Below, in pieces: positions 49,162 through 60,027 of a DNA stretch of 64,000 nt (its first letter is position 1; every line of letters begins with the position of its first letter). The position numbers and the translations under genes are program-made. Origin of the DNA: a virus. The notes below the pieces were generated by a model. That model made no database searches and was not told the origin of the DNA. It saw only the letters and a list, made by a program, of their open reading frames with translations. The stretch lies in IMG/VR virus record IMGVR_UViG_3300021964_012561, positions 50,637 to 114,636 of that record; one strand, given 5' to 3'.

Positions 49162-52100
49162 TACTAGAAAAACTCTCAAAGAATACTTTTCAAAATTGGG
49201 CTCTGTTACTAGTAACAGAGTAGATTATAATCATGACAAAGATTCAGATGAAAATATATCACTTAACAATGAAAATGATTTAGGGAGTTTCAAAGATCAA
49301 GACGGTGTTAATAGAAAATTAATCGATCAAAATGAAGGTTTTTTAGGAAATTATTTAAATTATCTTGTAAAAGAATCAAAAAATCTTTATTATCCAGCAG
49401 ATAACAATTTATTAGTTAACGTAGGAGATAGAGGTACCAAGATATACACAGAAGACAGTGCAACTCAAGTTGAATTACCAGGAAGTAAAAAAACATTTAT
49501 AAATTCATTTAAATCTGAAAGTGATAAATTAGGGAAAAACTACTTAGAAAATATTAGTTTAGGAGAATATTTTAAAGACGTAAGAGAAATACAAGATATG
49601 CCTCTAGATAAAACAGGCGGCAACCCAGAAAAATCCGGAAATGAATTGTTTAAAGATATAGAGGGTACGAGTTTAGATCAATTTGGGAATACTACAAGTA
49701 ATAATGCAAGAAATGAAAACGATGTTTTAAGTTTAGTTGAAGATTACTTAATTAACAACAATCGCTTTGGTAATATTGAACAAGAAATTACGCCGTTTGC
49801 TGATCAGCCAGGAACAGAAAAAAATTACGTAATGAACGATAGGTTTGGAAATAGCACAGAAAATAAAAAAATTATTGAATATGAAAATTTAAAAGGTTTA
49901 GGAGAATCCCTTATTAAAAAATCTGCAGGCTTTCTAGAAAATTCAGAAATTAATTCTGAAAATTTTATTGGAGGTGGTATATTAGGTTACGGCAATAGAA
50001 TTAAAGATGGTACATTTAAAAAAATAGAAGGGTCAGATTATAGAGCTAAAAATACTAATTTTTATCCTAAAAATTTAAATGATCAAGATTTTAGGCAAAG
50101 TAATGGTGATTTTAATAATCAAAACTCTGAATCTTTTGGATCAACTTATACAAATACTTTTAATTTTTATGGAAAAAATAAATCATTAGTAAAATTGCAT
50201 GCAATCATAGCAGCAAAGTCAGTATTAGCAATTTATAATAACTTATATGCAGAGATTTTTGAAAGCCTAAAAGAGGATAATGAGTCTGAATTGAAAAAGA
50301 TAGCTACAAAAGCTATTAAAACATTAGACTTTTCTGAATTTTATGGATCGGCTAGTAAATTATTAAACTTAAGATTAGATGCAATTAGAGAAAAGTATTT
50401 AGCAAAGACAGCTTATAATTATAATGATTGTGTAAATAGAGGTATAGAAATTTGCCTAGGTACAGGAGGAATTGAAAATTTTAAAGAATCAGAAGTTTTA
50501 AAAGAATCTCCTGGTTTTTGGCTATCAGTTTGCTCAAATGTAATTAAAAATGCAGAAAAATCTCTTGCTTTTATTGATAATATATCAGAACCAGATATTG
50601 GTGATGAAATGATAAGAGAGTTAATGTATTCTATTCAGTCAAACGGTGCAGTAAGGTTTTTTAACGCTATGGCTATAGTGGGGGATAGCAGCCTAAGAGC
50701 ATATTCAGGAAACGCGCTTAATGCTAGCAAACAAGAAATCAAAGATAATTCGTTTTATGATGTTGATAATTTAGAAGATACACCAGGAAATAGAATTTCA
50801 AAAAGTAAAATGAAAAACGGTAAGAGAAAAAACCAACTTTCGTACGCACAAAGCACAGTTCCTTCAGTTTATCTCTTGCCAATGAATTCAATTAGGTCTA
50901 GCATTAAACTAGACAATGGTACAAATCACCCAAACGCAATTAGAGCACACTTTGGTAGTGACCTAGTAGAATCTACTTATCTTTCTGCAAATAATGATGG
51001 CGCCTCTGGGAGAGTACCAAATGCCGTTGTAAAAGAATTAGAAGACAGGTTAGACGCCGAGTATGTTCCGTTTTATATTCAAGATTTAAGAACTAACGAA
51101 ATAATTTCATTTCATGCATTTTTAAGTTCTTTAACAGATACAATTACTCCTAATTTTAATTCTCAAGGTGGTTACGGTAGAATGGATCAGGTTCATGTTT
51201 ATAACAACACTAATCGATCTATCTCTTGTACTTTTACTCTAATGGCAACTTCAAAAGAAGATTTTGATAACATGTGGTATAAAATAAACAAAATTACAAC
51301 TTTGCTATATCCGCAATGGTCTCAAGGAACTCAAGTTGCTAAAGGTGAAAATTTGCGATTTATACAACCTTTTAGTCAAGTAATAGGCGCTAGCCCAATA
51401 GTAAGATTGAGAATTGGTGATGTAATTAAGTCAAATTATTCTAAACATAATTTAGGAAGAATTTTTGGTATAGGCAATCAAGGAACAAAAATTAAAAGCA
51501 GCGGAATAGATTTATCTTTTGGATCCGACATCCAAGAAGTTTTAATAAAAACAATTGGCACTGCATTTGGTTCTCCAATTCAATTTACAAATTCAGTTGC
51601 TGCTAAAATAGGAAAAAATTCCGGAGGTTTAATGTCAGCTGCTATAAACACTGCCGCTGACGTCGCGACAAAATTACTTTATAATGGTTTTGTTAATCCG
51701 CTAGCATTTAACCCAGTAAATAATCAGATAAACACCCCAGAAAATGACATTAATTTTTGGTTGAATTTTCCAGGAATTAGTAACGGATATAATGAAAAAA
51801 CATCAGTTTTATTGTTAAAACCTAATGTGAGTAAAGGATATTTATTTGAAACAGGAGAAAAAATAAGATTTAACAGATCAGTTACAGTTTTGGTCGATAA
51901 AAAAGAAGGAAAAGAAATATTTGGAAAAAATGAAAAAAAGTTTAGAGTTAGGTATAAATGCACTTTAATAGATCCTACGTTATCTAATAATCCTGAACTA
52001 TTTGGGAAATCTATCTATTGTTATCATGAAGATTTACACCCGTTACCAAATACAATTTATGCAAATACAGTTATTTTACCTGCGCTTTCCGCTGCAGCTA

Positions 52101-52582
52101 CAGGTGGAGCTGCTGCAATAAACTTAATCAAAGACTTAGGTAATTTAGTAAGTTCAAACATACCAGCCATTGGTTCAGCATCATCAGCAGCTAGCCCCAT
52201 TGTAAACGCATTTGCTGAACTATTTGAAACAAATGAAAATAAATTTTTAAATGCTGAAAATAATCCATTTACTCGATCATTTGAGGCAACAATGGGTCGA
52301 GGAATAGCAGGTAAATTAGGAGGAATAACGTTTGATTGGTTAGACCAAGCATTTCAATGGGAAACAGATTATAACTCTAGAGCTCCCATGGGTTGCAAAA
52401 TAACATTTAGCCTAGATGTGATACACGACATACCGCCTGGCTTGGATTATGCAGGTTATAATCGAGCTCCGCTTTACAATGTAGGGAAGATAATGAAAGA
52501 TATATCAGGAGACGTTTACAGTGATGGAGGATTCAATGCAGAAAATAATTATAACAATTCTAGATCTATAAAGAAAGGATAA
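49154..52582 (+). CDS. Large baseplate/tube-initiator-type protein
   Basis: FHAFLSSLTDT..GYGRMDQVHVYNNTNRSISCTF..LLYP..PIVRLRIGD is typical of gp48/54-like tube-fold proteins. Confidence 0.65.
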   Translation: MSDTRKTLKEYFSKLGSVTSNRVDYNHDKDSDENISLNNENDLGSFKDQDGVNRKLIDQNEGFLGNYLNYLVKESKNLYYPADNNLLVNVGDRGTKIYTEDSATQVELPGSKKTFINSFKSESDKLGKNYLENISLGEYFKDVREIQDMPLDKTGGNPEKSGNELFKDIEGTSLDQFGNTTSNNARNENDVLSLVEDYLINNNRFGNIEQEITPFADQPGTEKNYVMNDRFGNSTENKKIIEYENLKGLGESLIKKSAGFLENSEINSENFIGGGILGYGNRIKDGTFKKIEGSDYRAKNTNFYPKNLNDQDFRQSNGDFNNQNSESFGSTYTNTFNFYGKNKSLVKLHAIIAAKSVLAIYNNLYAEIFESLKEDNESELKKIATKAIKTLDFSEFYGSASKLLNLRLDAIREKYLAKTAYNYNDCVNRGIEICLGTGGIENFKESEVLKESPGFWLSVCSNVIKNAEKSLAFIDNISEPDIGDEMIRELMYSIQSNGAVRFFNAMAIVGDSSLRAYSGNALNASKQEIKDNSFYDVDNLEDTPGNRISKSKMKNGKRKNQLSYAQSTVPSVYLLPMNSIRSSIKLDNGTNHPNAIRAHFGSDLVESTYLSANNDGASGRVPNAVVKELEDRLDAEYVPFYIQDLRTNEIISFHAFLSSLTDTITPNFNSQGGYGRMDQVHVYNNTNRSISCTFTLMATSKEDFDNMWYKINKITTLLYPQWSQGTQVAKGENLRFIQPFSQVIGASPIVRLRIGDVIKSNYSKHNLGRIFGIGNQGTKIKSSGIDLSFGSDIQEVLIKTIGTAFGSPIQFTNSVAAKIGKNSGGLMSAAINTAADVATKLLYNGFVNPLAFNPVNNQINTPENDINFWLNFPGISNGYNEKTSVLLLKPNVSKGYLFETGEKIRFNRSVTVLVDKKEGKEIFGKNEKKFRVRYKCTLIDPTLSNNPELFGKSIYCYHEDLHPLPNTIYANTVILPALSAAATGGAAAINLIKDLGNLVSSNIPAIGSASSAASPIVNAFAELFETNENKFLNAENNPFTRSFEATMGRGIAGKLGGITFDWLDQAFQWETDYNSRAPMGCKITFSLDVIHDIPPGLDYAGYNRAPLYNVGKIMKDISGDVYSDGGFNAENNYNNSRSIKKG

Positions 52583-52586
52583 CCAA

Positions 52587-52889
52587 ATGGCTACATCAAG
52601 ATATTCCTTTATAAATAAATTAAGCATTTCTAATAAAATTATTTACGCTACAACTAATCATTCTTTTAGAATTAATAAGGCAATAAATAGCGGTTTTTTA
52701 AGTTTTAATACATATATTTTAAAAGAAGGCGAAAGAATTGATCAAATTGCTTTTAAATTTTACGGAGATTCTCAATATTGGTGGATAATCGCTGCAGCAT
52801 CAGGTATTGGCTGGGGATTACAAATACCTCCAGGAACTATTTTAAGAGTTCCTGAAAGTTTAAATGCAGCCTTAGGTATAAGTAGATGA
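52587..52889 (+). CDS. LysM-like baseplate wedge protein (gp53/tail X-like)
   Basis: YILKEGERIDQIAFKFYGDSQYWWIIAAAS..IPPGTILRVP. Confidence 0.85.
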   Translation: MATSRYSFINKLSISNKIIYATTNHSFRINKAINSGFLSFNTYILKEGERIDQIAFKFYGDSQYWWIIAAASGIGWGLQIPPGTILRVPESLNAALGISR

Positions 52890-55800
52890 ATTTTGATAGT
52901 TTTTATAACTCTAATCCTAACTTAAAGCTTAAGTTATTAAGAGACCTAGTTTTAAAATATAAAGGCTTTGTAACGGGCGCTGAAATAGAAAATGACATAG
53001 CAATTTTTGGTAATCCTGAGGCTATTGAAGCTATTGAGTCGATTAAAAATAATCAAAACTTTCAAGATTTGTTAGCACAATTAAACAAAGACACAGCAGC
53101 GTCTGATAAAGAAAGATACATTTTAGAAAAGTTTACCGGTTCAATGTTAGGTAGTTATTTAACACATGATTTATTAACAAATCCTTCTGTTTTTCCTGAT
53201 TATAATTTAATTAAAGATGATAGCACTGACGTTTTAAAATTTGGCGGTCTAATAGATAGTTTAGCAGTTATATTCGAACCTACAGGAAAAGGAGAAAATT
53301 TTCCTGATGTTTTAATTAAGAAAGATAGAAATAATTATTTTAGTATGAAGCAAATTTGCAATACTGTCGAAATCAATAATGATAAATTATTAAATAAGGT
53401 AATTTTTGAAAATTTAAGTCAAGAAGAAAAAGAAACAATTGTCAATGATTATAACATTTCAATGGGAGCTGTTGATTATTACCCGCAGCCCGCGAAAAAA
53501 ACAAAAAAGTCACCATCATCTAGTAATAATGAAATAGACTTATCAAAAGACGTAGATAATTTTAGATTAAATAATGACGCGTCAGGTTACATTTATAAAA
53601 GAAGAAATAAAAAATGGTATACAAGAAAAGAAAATGGAGAAAGTCAAGAATGGATTGAGTTAACTTCAAATAAATATCAAGCGTCAATAGATAAATTAAA
53701 TGCAGATTATGAAGCACAATTAGTCAATCAAGTTAGTCAGCAAATTGTAAGTACAATACAAAACGAAATACCTCAACAAATTTATAATGTTTCTACTTTT
53801 TCTGATTTTTTAGCTAATAATCCACAAAAAATGCCTTATTACTTGGCAAGAAAGACAAAAGAAATTACTAATTCTGCAATTAATAAAAACATAGAGTCGC
53901 CAGATGAAAATTATCCTAATGTGTCAGCTTTTGTTATTAAAAAAGATGCATACAGTAAAAGCACAAGAAATGATAATTATTTGTCAATTTTTTTCGGTGC
54001 AGTTTCGCAACTTGAATTGTCTAGATGCGTGCCTTATTTATCTTTGACTTTTTACAATAAACGAAGCAAAGGTGAAAAATCTTTATCTAATATGAGCAAT
54101 GTTGGATTCATGAAATTTGAAAAAGATAGCTACGGCAACTTTAATGCAGTTTGGGACAATTTTTCAAATACAAATACTCCTAATTTTATACGAGAAGGTG
54201 AAGAATTAAACTCAGTAGGCTATATGGATTTATTCACAGCACCTCAAACCATGGTTAACCCAGAAATAAACAATAAGCGAAATTCTGGCTTATTTGATAT
54301 TGGAAATAACAATACTGATTACTTAGGCGAACTTGATAATGTTATTGATCCGATGGCACCGTTAATGTCACTTAAGAGCTTTTCTGCTAGCATTAATGGC
54401 GGTGGTGATTTTATGATAACTAATAGAAGGGCAAAATTATCAGTTATTCTTCACGATAGGAGTCGTCTTCAAGAAATTGCCCCTCTTGTATCTTTAAATC
54501 AACTTGCTAGAACTGTGATTAAGGTGGAACACGGATGGTCACACCCAGATGGAGATCCCATTAGATCTAACAATGACATTGGTAAATTTCTAAACTCTTT
54601 AAGAGAAACTCATATCTATCAATTGACCAGTTCAGATTTTTCTTTTAACGGGAATGAAGTAACTATTAATATGACTTTAGATTTTTTTGGATCTACAGAT
54701 TTTAAAACAACTTCTATTGCTTTAGGTAATGAAAAAAAAGATTCAGAACTATCTAACATGCTTATAGAATTAATCGATGACATGGAGAAAAACAACAGAA
54801 TTACATCCACATCATTAGATCCTCAAAATACAACTGGGGTGCCAACACAATATGCGTTATACGGAAAATCAAAGGAAGAAAAGAAAAAAGCAGCAGCAAT
54901 TCATAAACAAATAAAAGTTCTTAGAAATTCAGTAATGTCAGTTGATTTTCTATTGCCTGCAGACAAAATACAAGAATTAAAATCTGAAATTCAGAAAATT
55001 AAAATTGCAACAGAAAATGGTGAATTTATAGAAACTTTTAATCATGCAAGAGTTTTGAAAAAATACTTTGAAATGTTAGGTTTGATAGACGTACCAGAAG
55101 ATATTACAACTTCAGAAATATTTACAGCTGATTTTTTTGAAGGGGAAATAACAGAAAAACTTTTTGAAAAGATTAAAAAAAATGTTGCCGAAAGAATAAT
55201 TGCAAAAATTAATTCTGTTGTAGATACATGTACTACCAGAACAAATGACTCATATGAAAGTGCAAGTTTAACTGAAGATCCATTTAAAAATCCTCTTTGC
55301 TGGGCCTACTCAAAAAACTTAGAAACTAATCAAATTCTAGGTTATCCTGACAATCATGTTTCTTTAGGTAAGTTAATTACTAATTTAATCGCAGTACCGT
55401 TGGCAACAGGAGGAGAAAATAAATATTCAGAAGTTCAAGTTCTTTTTTATCCGATAAATAAATCAGCGGCAGGTGCAAGAAAATATACGACAGCAAGTAT
55501 TCCTATCAATATTCAAGCAATTAAATCAATGATTTATAAAACAGTAAAAGCGGAAGGAGATACAACAACAAGAGGTATTTTTGATTTACTATCTAATTAC
55601 TTTCAAAATGATAATTTAGAAATTTATGAATTAGATAAATTAACAGAAGAAAATATTAAAAAAAGAGAAGAAGAAATTAAAAAAGAAGAAAAATTTGAAG
55701 AAAATGCGTTTAAAAAATATCAAATTTTAAATGGTAAATTACCTGAAACTGATAAACAAAAAACTGCTGCCAAAGAAGGATATGTAAAAACTCGACTTAA

Positions 55801-56743
55801 AAAATACAAAACTCAAACTTTAAAAAACACACTAACTCAAATTTATGAAAATGACGGATTAGATATATCAAGTACAGATTCTTACAGGAAACCGGTTATT
55901 CATCTTGAATTAGAAGTTGCTTCTGCGATAATACCAAATCAAGCAAACGCTTTAAATGATGCGAATCTTTTAGAAATATATAGCGATTACTTTAAAAATC
56001 AATTTGACATAACAGAAGAAAAACTTAATGAAATTAAAGGGACTGATGACTCAAAAAAGATTTTAAAAATTCATGTATATGATGAAAATTCTTCATCTAG
56101 GCCGGCTGAAACATTATTTATGGAAGGAGCAACAGACCCAGCAAGATTTTTATCTGTGGCAGGTGTCTTATCTCACGCCAACGATGATGATAATTTAAAT
56201 GATAGTATACAGACTTTTTCCGAAGCGTCAGAAAAGTTTATTCAAAAAATGAGTTTAAAAGAAATAAAGCAGTATATTAAAAGATCTTTTCCGTCAATAA
56301 CATACGGAAGTCAACAAGCAGTTGTTAAATCAATAAATTTATCAAGTAATACGACAGACGAAATAGTTAATGCTCGTTTAAACGAATCAATATATCAACA
56401 AGAACAAAAAGAAAAAAGTAGCAGTACTAAAGAATTACCAGTTAAAAGAGATATTGAAGAATTTTTAATTCCAACTTCAATAGACGCAACTATCTATGGC
56501 TGTCCTTTTATAACAATGGGACTTAACATTTTTGTTGATTTAAATACAGGCACTGATATTGACAATGTTTATATGGTAGGTGACGTAACACACACAATAG
56601 GGCCGGGTGAATATACAACAAATCTTTCTTTGTTCTTGCCACAAATAGGAACTGTGAAACAAATCAAATCAAAATTAATAAATTCAATTAAATCAATAGA
56701 TAAAGAAAAACTTAAAGAAAATCTAGTAAAAAACACTGAATAA
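52886..56743 (+). CDS. Baseplate hub protein (gp27/gpD-like), large
   Basis: IKVEHGWS motif; C-terminal IYGCPFITMG..FVD..NVYMVGDVTHTIGPGEYTT; synteny. Confidence 0.65.
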   Translation: MNFDSFYNSNPNLKLKLLRDLVLKYKGFVTGAEIENDIAIFGNPEAIEAIESIKNNQNFQDLLAQLNKDTAASDKERYILEKFTGSMLGSYLTHDLLTNPSVFPDYNLIKDDSTDVLKFGGLIDSLAVIFEPTGKGENFPDVLIKKDRNNYFSMKQICNTVEINNDKLLNKVIFENLSQEEKETIVNDYNISMGAVDYYPQPAKKTKKSPSSSNNEIDLSKDVDNFRLNNDASGYIYKRRNKKWYTRKENGESQEWIELTSNKYQASIDKLNADYEAQLVNQVSQQIVSTIQNEIPQQIYNVSTFSDFLANNPQKMPYYLARKTKEITNSAINKNIESPDENYPNVSAFVIKKDAYSKSTRNDNYLSIFFGAVSQLELSRCVPYLSLTFYNKRSKGEKSLSNMSNVGFMKFEKDSYGNFNAVWDNFSNTNTPNFIREGEELNSVGYMDLFTAPQTMVNPEINNKRNSGLFDIGNNNTDYLGELDNVIDPMAPLMSLKSFSASINGGGDFMITNRRAKLSVILHDRSRLQEIAPLVSLNQLARTVIKVEHGWSHPDGDPIRSNNDIGKFLNSLRETHIYQLTSSDFSFNGNEVTINMTLDFFGSTDFKTTSIALGNEKKDSELSNMLIELIDDMEKNNRITSTSLDPQNTTGVPTQYALYGKSKEEKKKAAAIHKQIKVLRNSVMSVDFLLPADKIQELKSEIQKIKIATENGEFIETFNHARVLKKYFEMLGLIDVPEDITTSEIFTADFFEGEITEKLFEKIKKNVAERIIAKINSVVDTCTTRTNDSYESASLTEDPFKNPLCWAYSKNLETNQILGYPDNHVSLGKLITNLIAVPLATGGENKYSEVQVLFYPINKSAAGARKYTTASIPINIQAIKSMIYKTVKAEGDTTTRGIFDLLSNYFQNDNLEIYELDKLTEENIKKREEEIKKEEKFEENAFKKYQILNGKLPETDKQKTAAKEGYVKTRLKKYKTQTLKNTLTQIYENDGLDISSTDSYRKPVIHLELEVASAIIPNQANALNDANLLEIYSDYFKNQFDITEEKLNEIKGTDDSKKILKIHVYDENSSSRPAETLFMEGATDPARFLSVAGVLSHANDDDNLNDSIQTFSEASEKFIQKMSLKEIKQYIKRSFPSITYGSQQAVVKSINLSSNTTDEIVNARLNESIYQQEQKEKSSSTKELPVKRDIEEFLIPTSIDATIYGCPFITMGLNIFVDLNTGTDIDNVYMVGDVTHTIGPGEYTTNLSLFLPQIGTVKQIKSKLINSIKSIDKEKLKENLVKNTE

Positions 56744-56744
56744 C

Positions 56745-56773
56745 TTGTAAAAAATTAAACTTTATTTTATTAT
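56745..56773 (+). promoter_or_regulatory. Sigma70-type promoter
   Basis: TTGTAA-17 nt-TATTAT. Confidence 0.5.
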
Positions 56774-56783
56774 AAAAATAAAA

Positions 56784-57791
56784 ATGAAAAATTTACTAAT
56801 AAACAAAGATTACAGCGTTACAACTAACTCTTATAAAATAAACTTAAACTCTGAAGATACAATTGATATTAACTATTTAAACACGATAGCTAATCAATTG
56901 TCAATAGAAGAAATAAAAACAGTTAACGACTATTTTGGCAAATTTAAATTTTGCATTAATGCAATAGACGCATCAAAATTCTTATCGAATAAAAATAAAA
57001 AAGATTATCTGTCTTATTTAAAAGAAAAAATTAATAAAATTATTAAATTTGATACTGGCTATTTTGATAAAGCTTTTAAAGCTAGAGAGCAATTGCTAAG
57101 TAATTTAGTACCAGTCGACAATTATGAATTACCAAAGTACAAACATAACAGTGCTACCGGTAGGTCAAAAATTGTAGGCGGTACTAATTTTATGACAATG
57201 AAAAAAGTTAATCGAAAAAATTTAACTTACAAAAACTTGAAAGTCTTTGAAATTGATTTTAACTCATGCGAACCTTATTTTTATCTTCTGTCAAAAAATA
57301 AAATAAGCTCAATAGAAAGCGACATTTATGATACAATTAAAAATAGACTAAATTTAAAAATAACGGATAGAAAAATTTTAAAACAGACAATCTTATCTAT
57401 TCTTTATGGAGCCGGATATGAAACTGTTAAAAGAATTAGCAAGATAGACAAAAAAGGCTATAATGACTTAAAAAATTATTTTGAAATAGACCAGTTTGAA
57501 AAAAAGTTACTTAAGCAAAATAATGAATTAGGCTTTATTTTAAATCATTATAATCGTCCAGTCATCGTCAAAAGCGAACGGTCTATTTTAAACTATTGGG
57601 TACAGTCATCCGTTGCTGATTTTTGCTATCTTGCTTTTAACGATTTTGTTTCAAATAATGAAGTTAATTTTCATGCAATAATTCATGATGCTATTATTTG
57701 CTCTTCAAAAAGAAACATTAACATCCCTCATTTAAAATGTCCTATTAGCGGTTTAAAAATACCTGTTTCATTTTCTTTTTTAAGTTCATAA
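56784..57791 (+). CDS. Minimal family A DNA polymerase-like protein (palm/fingers only)
   Basis: SATGR; motif A EIDFNSCEPY; motif B RKILKQTILSILYG; NYWVQS; motif C IIHDAI. Confidence 0.75.
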   Translation: MKNLLINKDYSVTTNSYKINLNSEDTIDINYLNTIANQLSIEEIKTVNDYFGKFKFCINAIDASKFLSNKNKKDYLSYLKEKINKIIKFDTGYFDKAFKAREQLLSNLVPVDNYELPKYKHNSATGRSKIVGGTNFMTMKKVNRKNLTYKNLKVFEIDFNSCEPYFYLLSKNKISSIESDIYDTIKNRLNLKITDRKILKQTILSILYGAGYETVKRISKIDKKGYNDLKNYFEIDQFEKKLLKQNNELGFILNHYNRPVIVKSERSILNYWVQSSVADFCYLAFNDFVSNNEVNFHAIIHDAIICSSKRNINIPHLKCPISGLKIPVSFSFLSS

Positions 57792-57799
57792 TTATTAAC

Positions 57800-59149
57800 A
57801 TGAAAAAGAAATCAATCAAAGAATTAAATTTAAACGTAGAATTAGACCCTTCTTCTTATATTATGAATAAAACATCTGGTTTTATGACAAACGGTGGCTT
57901 TCACTCAAATGCTGATAGCGTAATTGCGCAAAGAATGACCATGGTAAGTGAAGATGATGAAGATTCTGATGAGGAGGAATCAGTGACAGAAGACATACTT
58001 GAATTTAGAGTTTATAGAAATAACAAGTATCAATTATGTGAAACGCTTGAAAGGATTGATGAGGGAATATTGCAAACAATTGCAGACATCGCAAAAGCAG
58101 TTCCTGGTTTAGATCAAATTGTTGGCGACATTGAATTGTATTTTCAAGCAGGAAAAGTAAAAGAAGCTTTTGATGGTTTGTCTAAGATCATAGGTAGTTT
58201 AAAACACGTAGCAGGCCTTTCGGGTTTAGGGATAATAGGTACACAACAACAGTTTAATGAGCTTTTAGAAGCTTTCATGACAGCTTCTGAAGAAGATAAT
58301 TTATTACTTAAAGAAGGTGTAGAAGAATTATTAGAAATTTTAAAACAAATGACAATAACAGCAGCACAAACTTTTGATTCGGTTGTTGCTTTACCTTCTT
58401 TCGCAGCAGCAGGAATTGGAGGTGTAGCAGGTGAAACTATCGCAAACGTTGCTACTTCTTTAGGTACATTTTTACGAGATCAACCTGTCGAACAATTTGT
58501 ATTTAAAACGCTATCTGAAAGAGAAGGAATTGTTTCAAAGGTTGTTGAATTATTTGAAAAAGTCATGTCTTTAGTAACTGGTGGCGGAATGTTAGGTGAA
58601 GCCTTAGGTTATGTTGTTGAAAAAATATCATCCACGGGAGGCCAAATTGTAAAACTTTTTCTTACAAAGCCTTTTGAGTTGTTAAGAAGATTGGGTGACC
58701 TATATAAAGCGTCCTTAGGTGAAACTGTTGAAATTGAACAAGCTGAACCTACTGTGAACGAGCCCCCTCATGCAGGCGCCTCTGAGGTGACTCCTGCTGG
58801 CACACAAGCTTTTACAAAAAGTCAACCAATAGAAAGTGAAACACCTACTAGTACGTTCGAATTAGCTGAATCACATAAACCTTATTCTATTTTATTTCTT
58901 TTAGAAGAATTAGAAAAAAACAAAAAAGATGAAGAATCTTTTGAAGAAATTGATTTAGAGGAGATGAATGTGGCAGCAGCTGTTGGAGGATTTGCAATTC
59001 CTCAGCCCGGCCCTAATCCTAACAAACCAAAATCAAAACAAAAAGATCATCATAGAATGTTTGAAAAGCAAAAAGAAGTTAAAGAACAAATAGAAAGAAT
59101 GAGAATACTTGAAGCTTATCATCAAAAGACATCAAATAAATTAAAATAA
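57800..59149 (+). CDS. Hypothetical protein with helical Gly/Ala-rich hydrophobic core; possible internal virion protein
   Basis: 449 aa; acidic flanks with (L/I)xE sites; late-type motif upstream. Confidence 0.6.
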   Translation: MKKKSIKELNLNVELDPSSYIMNKTSGFMTNGGFHSNADSVIAQRMTMVSEDDEDSDEEESVTEDILEFRVYRNNKYQLCETLERIDEGILQTIADIAKAVPGLDQIVGDIELYFQAGKVKEAFDGLSKIIGSLKHVAGLSGLGIIGTQQQFNELLEAFMTASEEDNLLLKEGVEELLEILKQMTITAAQTFDSVVALPSFAAAGIGGVAGETIANVATSLGTFLRDQPVEQFVFKTLSEREGIVSKVVELFEKVMSLVTGGGMLGEALGYVVEKISSTGGQIVKLFLTKPFELLRRLGDLYKASLGETVEIEQAEPTVNEPPHAGASEVTPAGTQAFTKSQPIESETPTSTFELAESHKPYSILFLLEELEKNKKDEESFEEIDLEEMNVAAAVGGFAIPQPGPNPNKPKSKQKDHHRMFEKQKEVKEQIERMRILEAYHQKTSNKLK

Positions 59150-59151
59150 TT

Positions 59152-59180
59152 TTGTAACCTACACACACACAAAGTATAAT
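59152..59180 (+). promoter_or_regulatory. Sigma70-type promoter of SSB
   Basis: TTGTAA-17 nt-TATAAT. Confidence 0.65.
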
Positions 59181-59190
59181 TGCCTAGCAA

Positions 59191-59232
59191 TTAAAAATTA
59201 AAAATTAAATATTGCACATTAAACATTAAAAA
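59191..59232 (+). promoter_or_regulatory. Putative gene-32-type autogenous translational operator
   Basis: Five TTAAA units (59191, 59198, 59205, 59219, 59226) directly before the SD of SSB. Confidence 0.5.
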
Positions 59233-59244
59233 CGGAGAAAAATC

Positions 59245-60027
59245 ATGGCTATTGATTTTGAAGCTATCAAGCGCAAACTAGAACGACTAAGCGGTAACAA
59301 TAAATCACAAAACGTAATGTGGAAACCACAACCTGACGAAGAATACAATGTTCGTCTTATGAGTTTTCCAGACAATGACGGTCAACCTTTTAAAGAGTTG
59401 ATGTTTTATTACAACATTCCTGGACAGCGAGGTCTTCTTGCACCATCTCAGTTTGGTGAACGAGATCCAGTTCAAGAATTGATTAATAAACTTCGTGATG
59501 AAGGTACAAAAGAAAGCTACGAAATGGCTAAAAAATTGTATCCTAAAATGCGAGTTTATGCTGCTGTGGTTGTAAGAGGTGAAGAAGACAAAGGAGTACA
59601 ATTGTGGGGGTTTGGAAAGCTTGTCTATCAAAAACTTCTTGGAATTATGCTTGATGAAGATTATGGAGATATTACTGATCCTAAATCAGGACGTGATATT
59701 AAAGTAATTTGTTCAAAGCCGCCTGGTCAACAATGGGCAAAAACAGAAATTCTTCCTCGAGGTAGATCAACAAAACTATCTGATGATACATCTCAAGCAA
59801 AAGAATGGATGACAAATATACCTGATACAAAAGGTATTTTTAAGACAAAATCTTACGATGAACTTAGTAAAATCGTAAATGATTGGCTTAATGGTGACAA
59901 TGAAGATGATGAAGGTACTGAAAAATTTGGAAGTAATAATTCAGATTCTGATGATACACCAAAATCAGGTGGTGGAGGAAAATCTTATAATGACTTAGAT
60001 GATGCATTTGCAGATTTAATGTCTTAA
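59245..60027 (+). CDS. Single-stranded DNA-binding protein (T4 gp32-like)
   Basis: WKP..VRLM, VQLWGFGK, YGDITDPKSGRDI; acidic tail DLDDAFADLMS. Confidence 0.88.
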   Translation: MAIDFEAIKRKLERLSGNNKSQNVMWKPQPDEEYNVRLMSFPDNDGQPFKELMFYYNIPGQRGLLAPSQFGERDPVQELINKLRDEGTKESYEMAKKLYPKMRVYAAVVVRGEEDKGVQLWGFGKLVYQKLLGIMLDEDYGDITDPKSGRDIKVICSKPPGQQWAKTEILPRGRSTKLSDDTSQAKEWMTNIPDTKGIFKTKSYDELSKIVNDWLNGDNEDDEGTEKFGSNNSDSDDTPKSGGGGKSYNDLDDAFADLMS

